From Candidatus Babeliales bacterium (GTDB lineage Bacteria > Babelota > Babeliae > Babelales > JANWKD01): 64,000 nt of DNA. Where the stretch lies: positions 32,001 through 96,000 of the forward strand of contig CAVXJH010000007.1 of the NCBI GenBank assembly GCA_963762115.1, in the 5' to 3' direction. Both the position numbers and the translations under genes were made by a program. Position 1 is the first letter of the stretch. Each line of letters starts with the position of its first letter. The notes under the pieces are model-generated. The model saw nothing but the letters and a program-made list of their open reading frames with translations, was not told the origin of the DNA and searched no databases. Shown here piece after piece: positions 60,107-64,000 of the stretch.

Positions 60107-61420
60107 TTAACCTATTACTTTAGGATTTATTCCCAACCAACGATCCAAAATAATTGCCACTGCCGAACGAACAGATAAATGATTAAAATCTGAAAATCCT
60201 TCAATAGGTGCCAGCAAATAATCACATCGCTCTAATACCTGAGGCGCAATACCATGACCAGTACCAAAAAGTAATAAAACTGGTCGATCGTCTTCCCAAA
60301 CCTTATTTTGATCACTATACGTGATTATTTTCTTCCCAAAATGGTCATCATGATAACGAGCAGATGTTGCAATCACCAATGGTTTTTTACCCTCTTTTTT
60401 CTCAATTGCTTCAAGCGCCTGTTCCAAATGGTCAACTACTTCAACATTTTTGATCGCCTGATGACGATGTTGATTATATTCAACACCTTCACCAACTTTC
60501 CAAAAATCAAGCAATTTCTCAACAATTCTTTGTTGATCCAATAAAGGCGTCACAATAAAATATTGCTTAAGCCCAAAAGTACACGCAGAACGAGCAATAT
60601 CGTGAATATCAAGAGAGGTGACTGAAGTGGTGCCAACCTGCTGTTGAGGCAACATAACTTGATCATGCATCAGCGCTATATAATGATGAGGAATATAGGT
60701 TCTGGCAATCTTTTTTTGCTGTTGCGTCAACAATGAAGAAACGAGCCATGAAAAATGTTTTTTTACCGTTTTTTCTGCGGCCTTTTCTTCTTGCCATTTC
60801 TGAATAGCACCATGATTGCCAGAGCGTATTACTTCTGGCACTTCAAGATCATGCCACACAACGGGTGTTGTAAACTCTGGATAATCAACAAAAGGACCCG
60901 AAAAAGATTCTTTCTCAACTGATTCTTGCCTACCCACAACCCCCGGCAACAATCTAACAAAACCTTCCAATAACATCATAGCAGGTAAATCACCTGCCAA
61001 AAGAACAAAATCACCAACAGAAACAACCAAATCAGCATATACCTGCTCAACACGGTCATCCATGCCCTCATAGCGAGACGCAATGAGCATCAAATGATTT
61101 GTTTTCTGTGCATTTTGAACTATTTGTTTTAGAAGTGGTTGATTGAGCTTTTTACCCTGAGGCGAAAAAAAGATCTTGTATGCTTTACCATATCGAGCTT
61201 CTTTATCATCGAGCGCCTTTTCAATGACTTCAGGCCTAATGAGCATTCCTGCCCCATGACCAAACGTAGGGGCATCAATACGCTCTTTAGGCTGCACATA
61301 TGAAAAAAAGCCATCCACATCATAGTGAACTAACTTTTTTTCAGACGCTCTTTGCATCAAGCTTGTTTTCAGAAAAGTGTCATATAATTCGGGGAAAACA
61401 GTAATAAGAGAAACGTTCAT
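60107..61420 (-). CDS. trmD: tRNA (guanine37-N1)-methyltransferase TrmD fused to a C-terminal TM1570-like SPOUT methyltransferase
   Basis: RYEGMDDR, SVGDFVL, SGNH; then DIHDIARS, LLFGTGHG, NHLSVRSAVAIILDR. Confidence 0.9.
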   Translation of the reverse strand: MNVSLITVFPELYDTFLKTSLMQRASEKKLVHYDVDGFFSYVQPKERIDAPTFGHGAGMLIRPEVIEKALDDKEARYGKAYKIFFSPQGKKLNQPLLKQIVQNAQKTNHLMLIASRYEGMDDRVEQVYADLVVSVGDFVLLAGDLPAMMLLEGFVRLLPGVVGRQESVEKESFSGPFVDYPEFTTPVVWHDLEVPEVIRSGNHGAIQKWQEEKAAEKTVKKHFSWLVSSLLTQQQKKIARTYIPHHYIALMHDQVMLPQQQVGTTSVTSLDIHDIARSACTFGLKQYFIVTPLLDQQRIVEKLLDFWKVGEGVEYNQHRHQAIKNVEVVDHLEQALEAIEKKEGKKPLVIATSARYHDDHFGKKIITYSDQNKVWEDDRPVLLLFGTGHGIAPQVLERCDYLLAPIEGFSDFNHLSVRSAVAIILDRWLGINPKVIG

Positions 61421-61430
61421 AAGGATAACA

Positions 61431-61655
61431 CTATTTTACAATAAGCTCGACAGGACCAACCCCATCAATACTATTGACCATTGTCCTTAATGCACGCACA
61501 ATTCGACCATCTTTTCCAATTACTCTTTTAAGATCAGTGGGAGAAACGTTAATTTCTACCACTACTTTTGTTTCTGCTTGCGTTTCAGATACCATAACTT
61601 GATCAGGATGATCCACGAGCTGTTTAATGGCAAATTCTAGTAATTCTTTAAGCAT
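61431..61655 (-). CDS. khpA: KH-domain RNA-binding protein KhpA
   Basis: LVDHPDQV, VIGKDGR..RALR; position after rpsP. Confidence 0.88.
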   Translation of the reverse strand: MLKELLEFAIKQLVDHPDQVMVSETQAETKVVVEINVSPTDLKRVIGKDGRIVRALRTMVNSIDGVGPVELIVK

Positions 61656-61677
61656 GTATATCCTATACTTACCAAGC

Positions 61678-61926
61678 TTACGCCGCTACCCGTTGTCTTG
61701 CTAATTTTTGTAAGCGCACTACGGTATCGGTTGGAATAGCACCCTTTTTAATCCATTCTTCAACGCGTTCTTGATGGAATTGTACCAATTCTCCGGTTAA
61801 CGGATTATAGGTTCCTAAATCTTCAAGAAATTTACCATCTCTTTTTTTGCGAGAATCAATTGCAACGATACGATAAAAAGGAGCATTCTTTTTACCAATT
61901 CGTGACAGCCGTATTTTTACTGCCAT
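61678..61926 (-). CDS. rpsP: 30S ribosomal protein S16
   Basis: MAVKIRL, PFYRIV, RDG...LGTYNP, GAIPT. Confidence 0.97.
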   Translation of the reverse strand: MAVKIRLSRIGKKNAPFYRIVAIDSRKKRDGKFLEDLGTYNPLTGELVQFHQERVEEWIKKGAIPTDTVVRLQKLARQRVAA

Positions 61927-61958
61927 CTAATATATCCTTTCTTAAAACTGTTGTAGTA

Positions 61959-63293
61959 TCAATGAAAGCCCGGTAAACGGCTAAACTTATTAAAAAGTTT
62001 AACAACTTCCTTACTTTTTTCAAATCGATCTAATAATATATTTACATCTGAAACGGTTACGCCTGCCCCTGAGGCTATACGTTGCTTGCGTGAACCATTT
62101 AATATTTTGGGAAAAATACGTTCTTTTTTAGTCATAGAACTAATAATTGCCCTAAATTTCTTTAATTCTAATTCGCCCTTTGAAACCATCTCTGGCGACA
62201 ATGAAGCCATCGATGCGCCAGGCATATATTTCATAATTTGTGAAAGTGAACCTATTTTATTCATCATTTCTAATTGCTGAGCAAAATCTTGCAGCGTCAT
62301 CTTTCCTTTACTCAATGAAGAAGCAAGGGCATCCTGATCTGCTTTTTTAATTTTTTCTTGAGCTTTTTCTATTAAGGTCTGAATATCACCCATACCTAAA
62401 ATACAGCTGGTCATACGCTCAGGTCTGAATTGTTCCAAATCTGCAGCCTTTTCACCGGTACCAACAAAAAGAATTGGTTTTTTCAAACAATACCGAAAGG
62501 CCACGGCACACCCTGCACGAGCCTCACTATCCATTTTGGAAAGAATTGCCGCATAAAAGCCAACGCCATCTTGAAAAGCTTCGGCTACTTTTAATGATTC
62601 TTGTCCCGTCATAGCATCAAGCACTAAAAATTTATATTTAGGTTGTAGTTTTTGATCAACAAGCTGTATTTCCTGCATCATGGTTGAATCAACATGCATT
62701 CTTCCTGCCGTATCGAGAATCAATATTTCAAAACCATGCTGCTTATAATAAGCATGAATATCAACGGCAGCCTTTAAAGGATCAGTAGAAGAAGGACGAT
62801 AAAAGGCAATATTATTTTGCTGTGCCAAAATTTCAAGCTGATCAATGGCGGCTGGCCTATAAAAATCGATAGAAGCAAGTAAGATTGTTCGCGATTTCCC
62901 CCGCGATTCAGCCTGTTTCTTGATAAAACAAGCAAGTTTAGCTGCGGTCGTTGTTTTCCCTGAACCCTGCAAACCCATAAGCATAATTATTGAAGGAATC
63001 TGAAAAGTAAAGGCTGACGATTCTTGTCCACCCAAAAATGCTAATAACTTATCATGAACAATTTTTATTAAATGCTCACCTGGCTTTAATGAATTTGTTA
63101 ACAACTTTTGACCAACAACTTCTTGAGAAATTTCCTTTAAAAAGGTATCCACCACGCCAAAAGGCACATCTGCTTCAAGAAGCGCATCGCGCACTTTCTG
63201 CATTGTTTCTTCAATATTTTTTTCAGTTAACTTCGTTTGACCGGTTAAACGAGAAAAAAGATTAGCGAATTTATTAGATAAAAAATCAAACAT
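61959..63293 (-). CDS. ffh: Signal recognition particle protein Ffh
   Basis: ALLEADV, GLQGSGKTT, DTAGR, LGMGD, SRKQRIASGAG. Confidence 0.96.
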   Translation of the reverse strand: MFDFLSNKFANLFSRLTGQTKLTEKNIEETMQKVRDALLEADVPFGVVDTFLKEISQEVVGQKLLTNSLKPGEHLIKIVHDKLLAFLGGQESSAFTFQIPSIIMLMGLQGSGKTTTAAKLACFIKKQAESRGKSRTILLASIDFYRPAAIDQLEILAQQNNIAFYRPSSTDPLKAAVDIHAYYKQHGFEILILDTAGRMHVDSTMMQEIQLVDQKLQPKYKFLVLDAMTGQESLKVAEAFQDGVGFYAAILSKMDSEARAGCAVAFRYCLKKPILFVGTGEKAADLEQFRPERMTSCILGMGDIQTLIEKAQEKIKKADQDALASSLSKGKMTLQDFAQQLEMMNKIGSLSQIMKYMPGASMASLSPEMVSKGELELKKFRAIISSMTKKERIFPKILNGSRKQRIASGAGVTVSDVNILLDRFEKSKEVVKLFNKFSRLPGFH

Positions 63294-63457
63294 CTCTAAT
63301 TACCTTAAAAGACCTGGCTATCATATTCTGATAATCTTAACATAATTTCTCACATTTCTCAATTGAGAATAATTCTGTTAAACTACTTTATAATAAGCGA
63401 ACTAAAATACAACGTAATTCCTCTTTCGTTTCGCATTACCCTAATTTGGAAATTTTT

Positions 63458-64000
63458 ATGGCAAAAACAGCACATCATTTATCAAAGTACCGTCCAAACA
63501 TTCTTCTTGTAGGCATTCATGCTCCCTATAATCATACCCCTGATATTAATGCTTATTTTGAAGAATTCATTAATCTCGTAAAATCTAACAACATTGAATT
63601 TGATGAAGTAGTTTTCTTTAAGTTGCGAGAAATTGACGCCGGAACCTTTATTCAAAAAGGTAAACTCGAACAATTATTTGAACTTTGCGAAAAACATGAC
63701 ATTGATGAAGTTATTATTTCTGAACCAATTTCACCGCAACAAGAACGTAATTTACGCGATCACTTGCATAGAAAAGTTTTTGATAGAACACAACTCATTT
63801 TAGAGATTTTTGAAAAGTCAGCTCATTCAGCTGAGGGTAAAACTCAAGTACAGATTGCTATGTTACAACACAAAAAATCTCGCCTTTCTGGCAGAGGTGT
63901 TCATTTAGCGCAACAATCTGGCGCAGCAGGAACCATGGCCGGCGCTGGTGAAACAGCAAAAGAACGCGAACGCCGTCACATTGAAGATGATATTTTAAAA
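63458..64000 (+). CDS. hflX: GTPase HflX (partial, runs off window end)
   Basis: Hand-translated: ISPQQERNL, DRTQLILEIF..AHSAEGKTQV, GAGET. Confidence 0.92.
   Translation, partial: MAKTAHHLSKYRPNILLVGIHAPYNHTPDINAYFEEFINLVKSNNIEFDEVVFFKLREIDAGTFIQKGKLEQLFELCEKHDIDEVIISEPISPQQERNLRDHLHRKVFDRTQLILEIFEKSAHSAEGKTQVQIAMLQHKKSRLSGRGVHLAQQSGAAGTMAGAGETAKERERRHIEDDILK

Noticed and set aside
63395..63435. Possible leader hairpin upstream of hflX
   Set aside because: Pairing is too weak and no leader peptide or known motif was recognised.

Overview
AT-rich bacterial chromosomal window. The gene content (many orphan signal-peptide proteins, no rpmD, no rimM next to trmD) resembles a host-associated lineage such as Candidatus Dependentiae/Babelota (TM6); this taxonomy is an inference. 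The core is the str-S10-spc-alpha ribosomal superoperon (26.5-45.6 kb, minus strand). Housekeeping genes include mreC, dusB, alr, yicC, yebC, ruvB, rodA, sbcC, rseP, rplM, pepP, recR, yidC, murC, rplS-trmD-khpA-rpsP-ffh and hflX, plus tRNA-Pro(TGG) and tRNA-His(GTG). Accessory secreted or hypothetical genes are interleaved. Most notable: (1) two diverged, in-frame copies of the rodA 3' tail separate single accessory genes downstream of rodA, like a cassette array with no integrase in view; (2) a tandem promoter-signal peptide-terminator unit has conserved flanks, strongly diverged mature domains and a flipped terminator loop; (3) a secreted 574-aa protein carries Ulp1/CE-clan-like protease motifs in permuted order; (4) TrmD is fused to a second SPOUT domain; (5) a 10-Cys secreted miniprotein lies next to an RPE/REP-like inverted repeat. 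fusA, tuf and rplC carry about 9 single-base insertions within about 2.6 kb, most likely sequencing errors.
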